Assembly (NCBI GenBank): GCA_963668505.2
Contig: CAXXWY010000026.1
Coordinates: forward strand, 621 to 64,620
Length of the DNA stretch: 64,000 nt
Direction of reading: 5' to 3'
DNA from: Dehalococcoidia bacterium
GTDB taxonomy: Bacteria > Chloroflexota > Dehalococcoidia > Lucifugimonadales > UBA3495
The position numbers and the translations under genes were made by a program. Within the stretch, counting starts at the first letter, position 1. Each line of letters starts with the position of its first letter. The notes below the pieces were generated by a model. The model ran no database searches. It was not told the origin of the DNA and was given only the letters and a program-made list of their open reading frames with translations. Below, in pieces: positions 10,602 to 21,435 of this stretch.

Positions 10602-11990
10602 ATGAACCTGCTCGCTAACCGCAACCGCATCGCCATAACACTTATAGCCGGTATCGTCACGATTGGCGCCATCCTGGCCCGGCCCGCCGTGGCCCAGGCC
10701 GCGGGAGTCGACGAGGAGACCCAATTCGTCCTCAACACTTTCGCCTTCCTGATATGGGGAGCGCTGGTGATGTGGATGTGCGCCGGGTTCACCATGCTGG
10801 AATCCGGGGCCGTGCGCACCAAGAACGCCTCCATGATCTGCCTCAAGAACATCGGCATCTATTCCATCGCCGGCCTGGCCTACTTCTTCCTCGGCTACAA
10901 GCTCATGTACGGCGATTTGCTAGGCAACTTCATCGGCGCCGTCGACGGCTTGCCCGGCGCCAGTTCCGCCGAAATGGCTCTGGTAGGCGATAACGCGGAG
11001 AAAGCGAGCAAAGCCATAGGCGATGTTATCGAGAACGGCTACTCCTCCATGTCCGACTGGTTCTTCCAAATGGTCTTCGTGGCCACCGCCGCCTCCATCG
11101 TCTCCGGCGCCATCGCCGAACGTATCAAGATGTGGCTGTTCTTCCTCTTCACCCTGGCCCTTACCGCGGTCATTTACCCCATAGTTGGCGCCTGGACCTG
11201 GGGCGGCGGCTGGCTTGCCGCCGAGGGATTCCAGGACTTCGCCGGCTCCACCATCGTCCACAGCACCGGCGGCTGGGCGGCCCTGGCCGGGGTGCTGATA
11301 ATCGGTCCCCGGCTCGGCAAATTCCGTAAAGACGGGAGCGTCAGGCCAACGCCCCCGTCCAACGTGCTGCTGGTGACCCTGGGAGTGTTCATCCTTTGGC
11401 TTGGCTGGTTCGGCTTCAACGGCGGGTCCCAGTTGGCCCTCGGCAGCGCCTTTGACGCGGTGTCCATGAGTCACGTGCTGGTCAACACCAACCTGGCCGC
11501 CGCCGCCGGGGTGGTCGCCGCCCTCGCCATATCCCGCCCCCTCCTGGGTCGCATCGACCTATTCGCCGGACTCAACGGCGCCATCGCCGGCCTGGTCTCC
11601 ATCACCGCCGGCCCCGACATCGTGGACCACTACTGGGCGGTGATCATAGGCGCCGTCGGCGGCGTATTGTGCACCGGGGGCCTTAAGTTCTTGGAAATGG
11701 CCAAGATTGACGACGTAGTTGGGGCCATTCCAGCCCACCTATTCGCCGGCATCTGGGGCACCCTGGCCGTCTGCATCGCCGCCGGCGGAGAGTTCCACAT
11801 CCAGTTGATGGGCGTAGCAGCTATCGGCACCTTCGTGTTCACCGCCGCCGGCCTATTCTGGTTTGCTCTCGACCGTGTTTTTGGTCTACGGGTAGCTCCT
11901 GAAGCAGAGCGCCTGGGACAGGACGTCGCCGAACTGCACATCGAAGCCTACCCTGAATTCGTCGTGATGCCCGAAGACTACGACGACTAG
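10602..11990 (+). CDS. amt: ammonium transporter
   Basis: 462 aa with a signal-like N-terminus, AGFTMLESGAVRTKN, and multi-pass hydrophobic segments typical of Amt/MEP. Confidence 0.95.
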   Translation: MNLLANRNRIAITLIAGIVTIGAILARPAVAQAAGVDEETQFVLNTFAFLIWGALVMWMCAGFTMLESGAVRTKNASMICLKNIGIYSIAGLAYFFLGYKLMYGDLLGNFIGAVDGLPGASSAEMALVGDNAEKASKAIGDVIENGYSSMSDWFFQMVFVATAASIVSGAIAERIKMWLFFLFTLALTAVIYPIVGAWTWGGGWLAAEGFQDFAGSTIVHSTGGWAALAGVLIIGPRLGKFRKDGSVRPTPPSNVLLVTLGVFILWLGWFGFNGGSQLALGSAFDAVSMSHVLVNTNLAAAAGVVAALAISRPLLGRIDLFAGLNGAIAGLVSITAGPDIVDHYWAVIIGAVGGVLCTGGLKFLEMAKIDDVVGAIPAHLFAGIWGTLAVCIAAGGEFHIQLMGVAAIGTFVFTAAGLFWFALDRVFGLRVAPEAERLGQDVAELHIEAYPEFVVMPEDYDD

Positions 11991-12054
11991 AGGCGCGCCG
12001 CTGTCCAATTTGTAATCAGCCTGCGCAAGGCCAATCTCAGGGAGGTCAGGCGAT

Positions 12055-12350
12055 ATGCCCAAGCTTAAGCCGACGCACGTCGTCCCCACGCCTGAAGAAG
12101 ACGAGGAGATCAACAGGGGCATTGCTCTGGACCCAGATGCGCCAGAGTTGACGACGATTGGTTCGCCCGCGCTCGGCCCGCCGCAGAGGTACACCCTGAG
12201 TTGGTCGAATATTCCCTACGGAAGCGCGGCAAACAAAAGGCTCCGGTCAAAGAGCGGATAACACTCAGGCTGGACGCCGACATCGCAGCCCATCGCCGGC
12301 AGACCACCCCGGCTAGTTCCGGGCCCGATGGGCAGCCGGTGGTCCCCTAA
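12055..12350 (+). pseudogene. DUF4415/BrnA-type antitoxin remnant, frameshifted and C-terminally decayed
   Basis: Frame 1 gives MPKLKPTHVVPTPEEDEEINRGIALDPDAPELT. From 12153 another frame gives DDWFARARPAAEVHPELVEYSLRKRGKQKAPVKERITLRLDADIAAH, the typical DUF4415 core. The expected GxGxQTRIN end is missing. No brnT-like partner. Confidence 0.55.
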
Positions 12351-12352
12351 CG

Positions 12353-13474
12353 TCACAGCCCGTGCACCGGAAATACCATCTCCCTAACTTCCTCTACCCT
12401 TTCCTCCGCATACCGACGTCCTTCCCGCACGACGTGCTGGGAAACCTCCGGAGCCTCGGAATCTCGTAGGGTGGTTACTCCATATTTCCGGGTAAAGGAC
12501 TCCGGGATGGCATCGGGCCACTCGGCCCCCAGCATCACCCCGTAGGCCAGCGTCCACGCCCGCGCCACCGCCATTACGTCGTAACCCCCTCCGCCCAGGG
12601 CCAGCCAGGGTATCCCCATTTGCGAAAACGTTGAAACCGTCTCCACAAACCCCCGAGTCGTAATCTGCAAGTGGGTCAGCGGGTCGGTGTGGTAGCTGTC
12701 TATTCCCAGTTGGGTCACTAGAATGTCCGGGGCAAAGGCTTGCAGCAACGGAGGGACCACCGCATGGAAAGCCTCCAGGTAGACCTCGTCGCCGGTGTAC
12801 GGGTACAGCGGCAGGTTCACCGAATACCCGGCGCCCCCGCCCGCGCCCACTTCCCGCACGAATCCCGTCCCCGGAAACAGGTACTGCCCCGACTCGTGCA
12901 CCGATATCGTCAACACCCTGTCGTCGCTGAAAAATGCCTCCTGCACCCCGTCGCCGTGGTGCGCGTCTATGTCCACGTAGGCCACCCGTAGCCCCCGGCC
13001 CAACAGGTAATGTATCGCCAACGCCGGGTCGTTGAACACGCAGAACCCCGATGCGTGGTTCGCCGCCGCATGGTGCAGCCCGCCCGAAATGCTGAAGGCT
13101 GCGTCAACCTGCCCGTCCGCCACCAGCTCAGCCGCCGCCAGCGAAGCCCCCGTGCTAAGCGCCGCCGCATCGTACATCCCCGGATACGTCGGATTGTCCC
13201 CAGCAGCAGAGAAGTTGTACCGTTGCGGGTCGTAACCGCTCAGGCCCAGGCTGAAACTCCGCACCGCCGCTATGTACTCCGCGCCGTGCAGCCACCGCAG
13301 TTCTTCTACGGTCGCAGCCCGGGGCGGCGTCATGGCCGATGCCGCCAAGTCGAACGCCCCGTAGTCCTGCAGCAGTTCGTAGGTGTACTGCAAACGCACC
13401 GGCCGCATCGGATGGTCACTCCGTAGCTGGTGGCGAGAAAGGGCGTCGTCGTAAATGAAGGCAACCTGGCGCAT
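12353..13474 (-). CDS. histone deacetylase-family protein (AcuC/acetoin utilisation-type deacetylase)
   Basis: GGLHHAAANHASGFCVFND and VDIDAHHGDGVQEAF motifs. Start moved to MRQVAFIYDD (ATG 13474), because the upstream part of the ORF is low-complexity. Confidence 0.9.
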   Translation of the reverse strand: MRQVAFIYDDALSRHQLRSDHPMRPVRLQYTYELLQDYGAFDLAASAMTPPRAATVEELRWLHGAEYIAAVRSFSLGLSGYDPQRYNFSAAGDNPTYPGMYDAAALSTGASLAAAELVADGQVDAAFSISGGLHHAAANHASGFCVFNDPALAIHYLLGRGLRVAYVDIDAHHGDGVQEAFFSDDRVLTISVHESGQYLFPGTGFVREVGAGGGAGYSVNLPLYPYTGDEVYLEAFHAVVPPLLQAFAPDILVTQLGIDSYHTDPLTHLQITTRGFVETVSTFSQMGIPWLALGGGGYDVMAVARAWTLAYGVMLGAEWPDAIPESFTRKYGVTTLRDSEAPEVSQHVVREGRRYAEERVEEVREMVFPVHGL

Positions 13475-13864
13475 TGCAAGACCTGTGGCTGGCCTGGGGC
13501 AACTGAGCGGAATTGTATTCAGTACCTTGTGGCGCCGCAACCCTGGCTGGGCTGGGCCTTGCACCCAGGGAGTGCCGCAACGGCTCGCAGGGCATGGGGT
13601 TGGCCCTGCGCCAAACATGATCCGTAAAGTTTCCAGGCGCCGCGCCGCTGTCAGGCGAGAAAATTCTGCCAATGCTAAAAATTTATTGAAATTCGTTGCA
13701 TCAACACGTATGCGTTATGTTGCGCAGTGCGGTATATTGCTATTGGATCGACAGGCAGGCAGGTGGCGCAACCTGCTCGTCCGTCGACAATCCCATATTG
13801 CGTGCGCTCTCCGCAAAGGGCGGCTTGCCGACGGAGGAGCGTACTCAGAGGAGCGGTGAAGGAG

Positions 13865-14461
13865 ATGACTATGCCGACTATATACAACGAAACCCTGGAA
13901 GAAAGGTTGCGGGTCGCCGAAGAGGCCGAATCCGAGGTGTCCAGGCTCCAACCTCTGGCTTCCGAAGCTCCAAATTTGCGGACCGAGAAGGCCAGGAAGG
14001 ACAAGACCGCCGAGCGCGACCGGCTCCGGTTGTCCCACATGGACCAGGCCAGGCAGGCTGTCGGGACCGCCAACGACAAGCAGGCTCGCGTCCCCGAACT
14101 ACTCGGCTCTGCGGCCAGGGCCATCAACGAGCTGTACACCAATCTCCGCCAAATCGAGACTCTCCACAAGGACGCTGTGCAGATGCTGGCCGTCGTCGAC
14201 CGCATCGAGTATGAACAGGAACTCGAAAGGAACGAGGACCAAGACGACGCCAACGCCCGCGACAACCGGGGGATGGCTTACGTTTTGGCCGGCAAGCACG
14301 GTGAGGCCCGGGTCAAGCAGCTAATGGACGACATGCAGCCCCAGGTCAATCTGCTGGAGGGTTGCAACCTCGACGAGCCGCTGTACCGCGACGTTGCCCA
14401 CTTTGTGATGGACCGGGTGGAAAAAGCCAGGTCGCCTCGGGCCGCCCATATCAGAAAGTAG
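13865..14461 (+). CDS. hypothetical coiled-coil protein
   Basis: GAAGGAG precedes ATG 13865/13871. The 198-aa charged helical sequence has no recognised motif. Confidence 0.55.
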   Translation: MTMPTIYNETLEERLRVAEEAESEVSRLQPLASEAPNLRTEKARKDKTAERDRLRLSHMDQARQAVGTANDKQARVPELLGSAARAINELYTNLRQIETLHKDAVQMLAVVDRIEYEQELERNEDQDDANARDNRGMAYVLAGKHGEARVKQLMDDMQPQVNLLEGCNLDEPLYRDVAHFVMDRVEKARSPRAAHIRK

Positions 14462-14572
14462 CCCCGGCGCCTCTTTCCTCTCGATAAACGGCGGCGCGGT
14501 TTGGCCGCGTCCGCCGTGGGCCCCATGCGCGCCAAACTTGAACTGTAATGGCATTTCTGGCAACATAGGGCC

Positions 14573-15481
14573 ATGAGAGTAGGGGCATTCGATATACACG
14601 AGCCCGCACCCGATCTGAGAGACCCTCACGTATTCGCCATGGTCCGACCCTGGGTTGACGTTGGCAGCGTGGGAACATTGACTCTCAACCGCCTGGAACG
14701 ATACTTGGCCTCCAACGAGTTGGGCCGGTTGGTCCGGCCTGGAGAGTTCTTTGACTTCACCAGGTACCGGCCCACCGTGCGCACAGTGGACGGAAAACGG
14801 GAATTCAAAATCCCCAACACCATCCTCCGCTACGCCAGGACACAAGATGGGCCCGATTTCATATTCTTCCATCTCCTCGAACCCCACTCCAACGGAGAGG
14901 ACTACGTCGATTCCCTGTTGGCGGTGGTCAAGCACTTCAACGTGAAGCGCTACTGCCGCGTCGGGGCCATGTACGACGCCGTGCCCCACACCAGGCCGTT
15001 GCTCGTCACCGGCACCCTGGGGCAGGTGCAGCCCAGTCGTCAGGTGCCCAACCTCAAGACCCAAGGCAGTACCTACCAGGGACCCACAACCATCATGAAT
15101 CTTCTGTCCGAGGGCATCGACGCCCTGGACATCGAGTCCATCGGATTCATGGTCCACCTCCCCCACTACGTCCGGCTCGATGAAGACTACGCCGGCGCCG
15201 CCAGGATGATCGAAGCTCTGTCTTCGGTCTACGACAACATCCCCACAGACCTCGCTCCACTGAGAAGAGGCCAGCGTCAATACCGGGAGCTTAGCGCCAG
15301 CCTGGAGCGCAACTCCGATCTCAAGGAAGTCATCCAGCAGATGGAAGCCTACTACGATGTCCAAGTCGACTCGTCCCAGTCCGCCTCCGAAAAGTCCGTC
15401 CCCACGGCTGTCCTGTCCCCTGAAATCGAGCGCTTCCTAGCCGAACTGGGCCAACGCCTCGACTCCGACACTCCCCAGTAA
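14573..15481 (+). CDS. PAC2 (proteasome assembly chaperone 2-like) family protein
   Basis: The overall pattern (VRPWVDVGSVG..., LLEPHSNGEDYV, GSTYQGPTTIMNLL, FMVHLPHY) matches bacterial PAC2-family proteins. Confidence 0.7.
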   Translation: MRVGAFDIHEPAPDLRDPHVFAMVRPWVDVGSVGTLTLNRLERYLASNELGRLVRPGEFFDFTRYRPTVRTVDGKREFKIPNTILRYARTQDGPDFIFFHLLEPHSNGEDYVDSLLAVVKHFNVKRYCRVGAMYDAVPHTRPLLVTGTLGQVQPSRQVPNLKTQGSTYQGPTTIMNLLSEGIDALDIESIGFMVHLPHYVRLDEDYAGAARMIEALSSVYDNIPTDLAPLRRGQRQYRELSASLERNSDLKEVIQQMEAYYDVQVDSSQSASEKSVPTAVLSPEIERFLAELGQRLDSDTPQ

Positions 15482-15504
15482 CCCCTCCGCCCACCACTCC
15501 ACCC

Positions 15505-15520
15505 GTCATTCCCGCGCAGG
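15505..15520. repeat. REP half-site GTCATTCCCGCGCAGG, identical to 10325-10340
   Basis: 16/16 identity. The next 16 nt (15521-15536) match the left end of the 10341-10460 insert at 14/16. Confidence 0.7.
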
Positions 15521-15821
15521 GAGACCTTTGCACAACGTCGTTTCTTCGCATGAAGACCATCGCATAGGCTGGGCCTAGGCTGGCCGTTCGCCCGTGTATC
15601 TTGGCTTTACCCGTTCGCCCTGAGGGAAATCGAAGGGCCTGCCCTTGTATCTTAAACAGGGACGTGACAGACCGCTTCGCCCCAGGTCTTTAAGACCGTA
15701 GCTCAGCAGGGTCGTCACGTCCAGCGCCCCTCGGAGCCCGAACAGTTGACTGGGCAATGAAGCCCGAATTAAGCAAGGATGGGCCAGAGGCAGGGAGAAT
15801 ATCTTGAAAGGAGGTAGATGA
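15521..15821 (+). ncRNA. candidate IS110 bridge (seeker) RNA / structured 5' leader
   Basis: Three-way junction. The outer 9-bp stem is 15660-15668 GGACGTGAC with 15714-15722 GTCACGTCC. The inner hairpins are AGACC/GGTCT (15669-15689) and GACC/GGTC (15694-15713). Near-repeat CCCGTGTATCTT (15589-15600) / CCCTTGTATCTT (15639-15650). Confidence 0.35.
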
Positions 15822-16769
<948 letters not shown>

Positions 16770-16820
16770 CTTTCAAGACAGTTGCTGAGCTTGTCGAAGG
16801 ACACCACCGCACCTCTCTCC

Positions 16821-17738
16821 TCACTCCCGCCGCGTTACCTTGTTGCGCAGCACACCTATCCCCTCCACTTCCAACTCCACCACGTCTCCCGCCTGCAGCC
16901 AGCGGTCCAGTTCCAGCCCGCAGCCGCCGCCAACGGTCCCCGAACCAAGAACGTCGCCGGGGTACAGCGTCTCGTCCATGGATGCGTGGGCGATCATCTG
17001 CGCAAAGCTCCAATGGATTTGCCCGATGTTCCCGTCCGACCACACTTCGCCGTTGATCCTGGCGGTCATGCGGGCATCGGCCGGGTTGAACTCGTCGGGA
17101 GTCACCAGCCACGGTCCCAGCGACGTGGCAAAGTCCTTGCCCTTGGCGGGGCCCAGTCCGACGCTCATCTCCTCCATCTGGATGTCCCGCGCGCTCCAAT
17201 CGTTCATCACCGTGTACCCGCCGATATACGCTTCTGCACCCTCCTCGCTGATGTCGATGCCTTCTTTCCCGATGATGCACGCCAGCTCCAGTTCGTAGTC
17301 CATCCGCTGCGAGTACCGCGGCCACGTCAGCGTTTGCCCGTGGCCCAGCAGGGACCGGTAGTTGCCCTTGTAGTAGACGGGCATCTTGTACCAGGCCGCC
17401 GGTATCTCAGCGCCCCTGAGAAACCTGACAGCCCTGATGTGCTCCTCGAAGGCGATGAAGTCCCGCAGCGACGCCGCTTCCACCGGGGGAAGGAACACCA
17501 CCTCGTTCAGCCCCCACCTGGGAGCATCGTGCCGGTCAAGCTCGCTAACCGCTTGTGAGAGCGCCCCCGATTGCTCCGTGTTGTAGGCGATAACGTCCAC
17601 GGCCCGCTCCAGTGGCTCAGCGATCCCCAAGCGGTCCAGCACTGCGGCGCAGTCCACCGCCTGGTTGTTCACTAGGTCAACCAACCCGACTTTGCTCCCC
17701 CCCGGATGCCCCGGCAATTCGAACCTCAAGACTTTCAT
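16821..17738 (-). CDS. fumarylacetoacetate hydrolase (FAH) family protein
   Basis: DYELELACIIGKEG, GGYTVMNDWSARD and GDVLGSGT motifs. Start moved to MKVLRFELPG (ATG 17738). Confidence 0.9.
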   Translation of the reverse strand: MKVLRFELPGHPGGSKVGLVDLVNNQAVDCAAVLDRLGIAEPLERAVDVIAYNTEQSGALSQAVSELDRHDAPRWGLNEVVFLPPVEAASLRDFIAFEEHIRAVRFLRGAEIPAAWYKMPVYYKGNYRSLLGHGQTLTWPRYSQRMDYELELACIIGKEGIDISEEGAEAYIGGYTVMNDWSARDIQMEEMSVGLGPAKGKDFATSLGPWLVTPDEFNPADARMTARINGEVWSDGNIGQIHWSFAQMIAHASMDETLYPGDVLGSGTVGGGCGLELDRWLQAGDVVELEVEGIGVLRNKVTRRE

Positions 17739-17916
17739 GGCCAGACTCCTACCTGCAACTATGCCCGCAGCCCCAGTATAGACCAGCATCCCGCCTCCGG
17801 GGCCTCTATTCCCACCCGTAACGGATTTTGCTAAACTGGCCCGTGGCTCTCTCGTCCCACCTATTGCCGCGGGATTCTGAGGCCCCGGTTAGACAACACC
17901 GTTAAGGAGAAAGGCT

Positions 17917-18537
17917 ATGATCTACGAGGTCCGCACCTATACTCTGAGGCCCGGCGGGATACCCGAATTCGAAAGGACCTTTGCCGAGGCCCTTCCTCAC
18001 CGTGAGAAATACTCCAAGCTGGGCGCGTTCTGGCACACCGAATTCGGCCCGCAGAACCAGGTCATCCACGTTTGGCCCTACGAAGACCTGGCCGAGCGCG
18101 ACCGCATCAGGGCCGAGGCCGCCAAAGACCCCCACTGGCCGCCCAAGAACGACCTCGACATCTACAGGAACATGCAATCGGAGATTTTCATTCCCGCAGA
18201 GGGCAGCCCCCCTCTGGGAGGAGACCAAGCCCTGGGCAACATCTATGAGATGCGTATTTACACCTACAAGACGGGCTCCATGCCTGAGGTGATCCGGCGT
18301 TGGGAGGCCGCAATCCCCCACCGTGTGCCCTATTCGCCCATCGCCGCCGCCTGGTACTCAGAGATCGGCAAGCTCAACGTGTGGGTCCACATCTGGCCCT
18401 ATCAGAGCCTGGAGCACCGGGCCGAGGTCCGCGCCAAGGCCCGCGAGAACCCCAACTGGCCCCCGCCCACCGGCGAGTTCCTGATTAGCGAGGAGAACAA
18501 GCTGTTGGAGCCCGCGGCTTTCTCGCCCATGCACTAG
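17917..18537 (+). CDS. NIPSNAP family protein (two tandem NIPSNAP domains)
   Basis: Two repeats of the pattern IYE[VM]R.Y....G......W........VW.Y..L..R...R. Confidence 0.8.
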   Translation: MIYEVRTYTLRPGGIPEFERTFAEALPHREKYSKLGAFWHTEFGPQNQVIHVWPYEDLAERDRIRAEAAKDPHWPPKNDLDIYRNMQSEIFIPAEGSPPLGGDQALGNIYEMRIYTYKTGSMPEVIRRWEAAIPHRVPYSPIAAAWYSEIGKLNVWVHIWPYQSLEHRAEVRAKARENPNWPPPTGEFLISEENKLLEPAAFSPMH

Positions 18538-18570
18538 GCTCCACCTCAATCGAGCCCTCGAGAGCAACAT

Positions 18571-18966
18571 TTGCAGGCAGACGAGGCAGTCGTCCAAGCG
18601 GTGAAAGAGGCCAACCAGGCGTTCTACGACGCCTTCGGCGCCCTGGACATCGACGCCATGGAGGCTGCCTGGGAACCCTCCGAGCGGGCCCTGTGCGTCC
18701 ATCCCGGCTGGCCTCCCTTGACCGGCTGGGAGCACATCCGGGAAAGCTGGCGGCGCATCTTCGACAACGCCACCCTGATGCACTTCAACGTCCAATACGT
18801 CAATGTAACGGTGCAGGAAGACTGCGGATGGGTCACCTGCGTCGAGAATATCTCCAGCGTTCTGCAGGGCCGCGCCGACAACTTCGGCGTGCTGGCCACC
18901 AACATCTTCGTCCGCACTCCCCAGGGATGGCGCATGGTCGCCCACCACGCCTCTCCCAACACATGA
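18571..18966 (+). CDS. SnoaL-like / NTF2-fold protein (DUF4440-like)
   Basis: 131 aa, N-terminus AVVQAVKEANQAFYDAFGALDIDAMEAAW, ending GWRMVAHHAS. Typical NTF2-like fold. TTG start. Confidence 0.7.
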   Translation: MQADEAVVQAVKEANQAFYDAFGALDIDAMEAAWEPSERALCVHPGWPPLTGWEHIRESWRRIFDNATLMHFNVQYVNVTVQEDCGWVTCVENISSVLQGRADNFGVLATNIFVRTPQGWRMVAHHASPNT

Positions 18967-18984
18967 CGGGCGCCGCCCCGCTTT

Positions 18985-19662
18985 GTGACAGCTAACATGT
19001 CTCCAGACTCTTCGGCTGACCGTAATCCGATGTTCAGCCCAGATGACTTTCAGCGCGTAGACGACGGCCTCGACAGCCTGTTCTACTCCTGGCCCCGCAA
19101 GGTGGTGCACATAGACGCGCAGGCCATCGAGGCCGTGGGACGGTTGTTCCGAGACCTGATCCCTCCAGGAGCGGTGGTCCTGGACCTGATGAGCAGTTGG
19201 CGCTCCCATTGGCCGGCGGGCCATCCCAAGGGCCGCATGGTGGGACTGGGGTTGAACGCCGAGGAGATGGTGGATAACCCGGACCTGGACGAATACGTGA
19301 TTCACGACCTCAACCGCGACCCGGCGCTGCCGTGTCAGGACGGCGAGTTCGACGCCGTGGTCTTGACCGTTTCGGCCCAATACCTGACCCGGCCTATTGA
19401 GATCTTCCGGCAGGTCAACCGGGTGCTGAAATCCGGCGGCATATTCATCGTCACCTTTTCCAACCGCATGTTCCCGACCAAGGCTGTGCGCATCTGGCGG
19501 GAGTCCACTGACCGCGGCCGCATCGATCTGGTGACCTCGTACTTCGAGGCCGCTGGCAACTTCCACGACATCCGCTCGGGCTTCGTCAACCCCGACGCCG
19601 GACCCTACGGCGACCCCCTCTTTGCAGTAATCGGCCGCAAGGCCTCATCCACAGCGGCATGA
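18985..19662 (+). CDS. class I SAM-dependent methyltransferase
   Basis: VVLDLMSSW (motif I-like), FDAVVLTVSAQYL and LKSGGIFIVTF. GTG at 18985 or in-frame ATG at 18997. Confidence 0.75.
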   Translation: MTANMSPDSSADRNPMFSPDDFQRVDDGLDSLFYSWPRKVVHIDAQAIEAVGRLFRDLIPPGAVVLDLMSSWRSHWPAGHPKGRMVGLGLNAEEMVDNPDLDEYVIHDLNRDPALPCQDGEFDAVVLTVSAQYLTRPIEIFRQVNRVLKSGGIFIVTFSNRMFPTKAVRIWRESTDRGRIDLVTSYFEAAGNFHDIRSGFVNPDAGPYGDPLFAVIGRKASSTAA

Positions 19663-19731
19663 TTCCGTTGGCATAAGCCAGCCCCGGTCTGTATACTCGG
19701 CGGCAAGGACTGGTGGATTAGTGGATTAAAC

Positions 19732-21420
19732 ATGGCGCGAACCTTCCGGCTGGCCCTGGCCCAGATCAACACCACGGTGGGGGACATACCGGGCAACGCG
19801 GCCAAGATTGTCGAGTACATGGATAAGGCGCGCTCCCTTCGCTGCGATCTGGTCGCCTTCCCCGAACTGGCCGTGACCGGCTACCCACCGGAGGACCTGG
19901 TTTTCCGATCTCACTTCGTCCAGGAGAACCTGGAGCGGACCCGTGAGATAGCCGCCGCTACCCAGGGCATCACCGCGGTCTACGGCTTCGTCGACGACAG
20001 CGGCGGCCTGCGCAACGCGGCCGCCATCGCCCACGACGGCAGGCTCGCCGGCGTCTACCATAAGAAGCGCCTGCCCAACTACGGCGTCTTCGACGAGGCC
20101 CGCTACTTCGCGTCCGGCCACGACTGCCCCGTCTATCGGCTTGGCGGCGTGCCCTTCGCCGTCAACGTCTGCGAGGACATCTGGTTCGAGGAGGACGGCG
20201 ACCCCCTGGTAACCCAGGGCCGCTTGGGAGCCAAGCTGGTGGTCACCATCAACGGCTCGCCCTACCACGCCGGCAAACTCAAGGCCACCCGGGAAAAGCT
20301 GGTGTCAGGCCTGGCTCGCAGGTACAACCTGCACCTGGCCTACGTGAACCTGGTCGGGGGGCAGGACGAGCTTGTCTTCGACGGCGCAAGCATGGTCTTC
20401 GGCCCCGACGGCAAGCCCGTCGTGCGGGGGAGCCAGTTCCAGGAAGAGATGATAGTGGTCGACATCGAATTGGAGGAGACCGCGGCCTCGGGCTTTGTTG
20501 AACTTAGCGGGGACACTTTGGAGGGTGCCAGGCCAGCCATTCCGCTCCGGCAGACCAAGACCTACGACGAGGTGGGCGAGGTCTACGCCGCCCTGGTTTT
20601 GGGCACCGGGGACTACGTGAGAAAGTGCGGCTTCACCAAGGCGTTGGTGGGCCTGTCCGGCGGCGTTGATTCCGCCCTGACCGCCGCCGTGGCCGCCGAC
20701 GCCCTGGGCCCGGACAACGTGGTTGGCATCACCATGCCCTCCCGCTACTCGTCGGAAGGCAGCTTCACCGATGCCCGTGACCTGGCCGCCAACCTGGGCA
20801 TCGGTCTCTGGAACGTACCCATAGAGCCGGCGCATCAGGCCTTTTCCGGCATGCTGGAGTCCTACTTCCAGGGCGCCGAGCCCAACGTGGCAGAGGAGAA
20901 CGTCCAAGCCCGGATACGGGGCAACGTGCTGATGACCGTCTCCAACAAGTTCGGGTGGATCGTCCTGACAACCGGCAACAAGAGCGAGATGGCCATGGGC
21001 TACGCCACCCTCTACGGCGACATGGCCGGGGGATTCGCCGTGCTCAAGGACGTGCCCAAGACCCTGGTTTACCGCTTGTGCGAGTGGCGCAACGGCAACG
21101 GCGGCTCCAAGCCGGCGATTCCCCAGGCGATCATCGACAAGCCCCCCACGGCTGAACTGAAGAACGACCAGTTGGACCAGGACACCCTGCCCCCCTACGA
21201 CCTGCTGGACCAGGTGGTCAAGGCCTACGTGGAGGACGACTGCAGCTACCAGGATATGGTGAGCAGGGACTTTGACCCCGAGGTGGTGCGCCAGGTGATA
21301 CGAGCCGTCGACCTGGCCGAGTACAAGCGGCGGCAGGCGCCGCCGGGGGTCAAGATTACGCCCAGGGCCTTCGGCAGGGACCGCCGCCTGCCCATAGTCA
21401 ACCGCTACCAGCAGCGCTGA
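19732..21420 (+). CDS. nadE: glutamine-dependent NAD+ synthetase (CN-hydrolase + NAD synthetase domains)
   Basis: N-terminal nitrilase-type domain (LVAFPELAVTGY, CEDIW) and C-terminal GLSGGVDSALTA PP-loop. Confidence 0.95.
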   Translation: MARTFRLALAQINTTVGDIPGNAAKIVEYMDKARSLRCDLVAFPELAVTGYPPEDLVFRSHFVQENLERTREIAAATQGITAVYGFVDDSGGLRNAAAIAHDGRLAGVYHKKRLPNYGVFDEARYFASGHDCPVYRLGGVPFAVNVCEDIWFEEDGDPLVTQGRLGAKLVVTINGSPYHAGKLKATREKLVSGLARRYNLHLAYVNLVGGQDELVFDGASMVFGPDGKPVVRGSQFQEEMIVVDIELEETAASGFVELSGDTLEGARPAIPLRQTKTYDEVGEVYAALVLGTGDYVRKCGFTKALVGLSGGVDSALTAAVAADALGPDNVVGITMPSRYSSEGSFTDARDLAANLGIGLWNVPIEPAHQAFSGMLESYFQGAEPNVAEENVQARIRGNVLMTVSNKFGWIVLTTGNKSEMAMGYATLYGDMAGGFAVLKDVPKTLVYRLCEWRNGNGGSKPAIPQAIIDKPPTAELKNDQLDQDTLPPYDLLDQVVKAYVEDDCSYQDMVSRDFDPEVVRQVIRAVDLAEYKRRQAPPGVKITPRAFGRDRRLPIVNRYQQR

Positions 21421-21435
21421 ACGAAGCGCCTGGGG

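Noticed and set aside
13475-13672. N-terminal extensions of track ORFs (deacetylase 13475-13672, cysS 37042-37251, speE 2281-2364, FAH 17739-17789, RAYT 27091-27441, DUF2851 33360-33476)
   Set aside because: The extensions are low-complexity, overlap upstream genes or repeats, and precede an internal ATG where family similarity begins.
16770-16820. Attempt to define the IS110 right end from a REP right half
   Set aside because: The segment CACTCCCGCCGCG resembles a REP half but in the wrong orientation for a simple insertion into one hairpin. The right boundary is left approximate.
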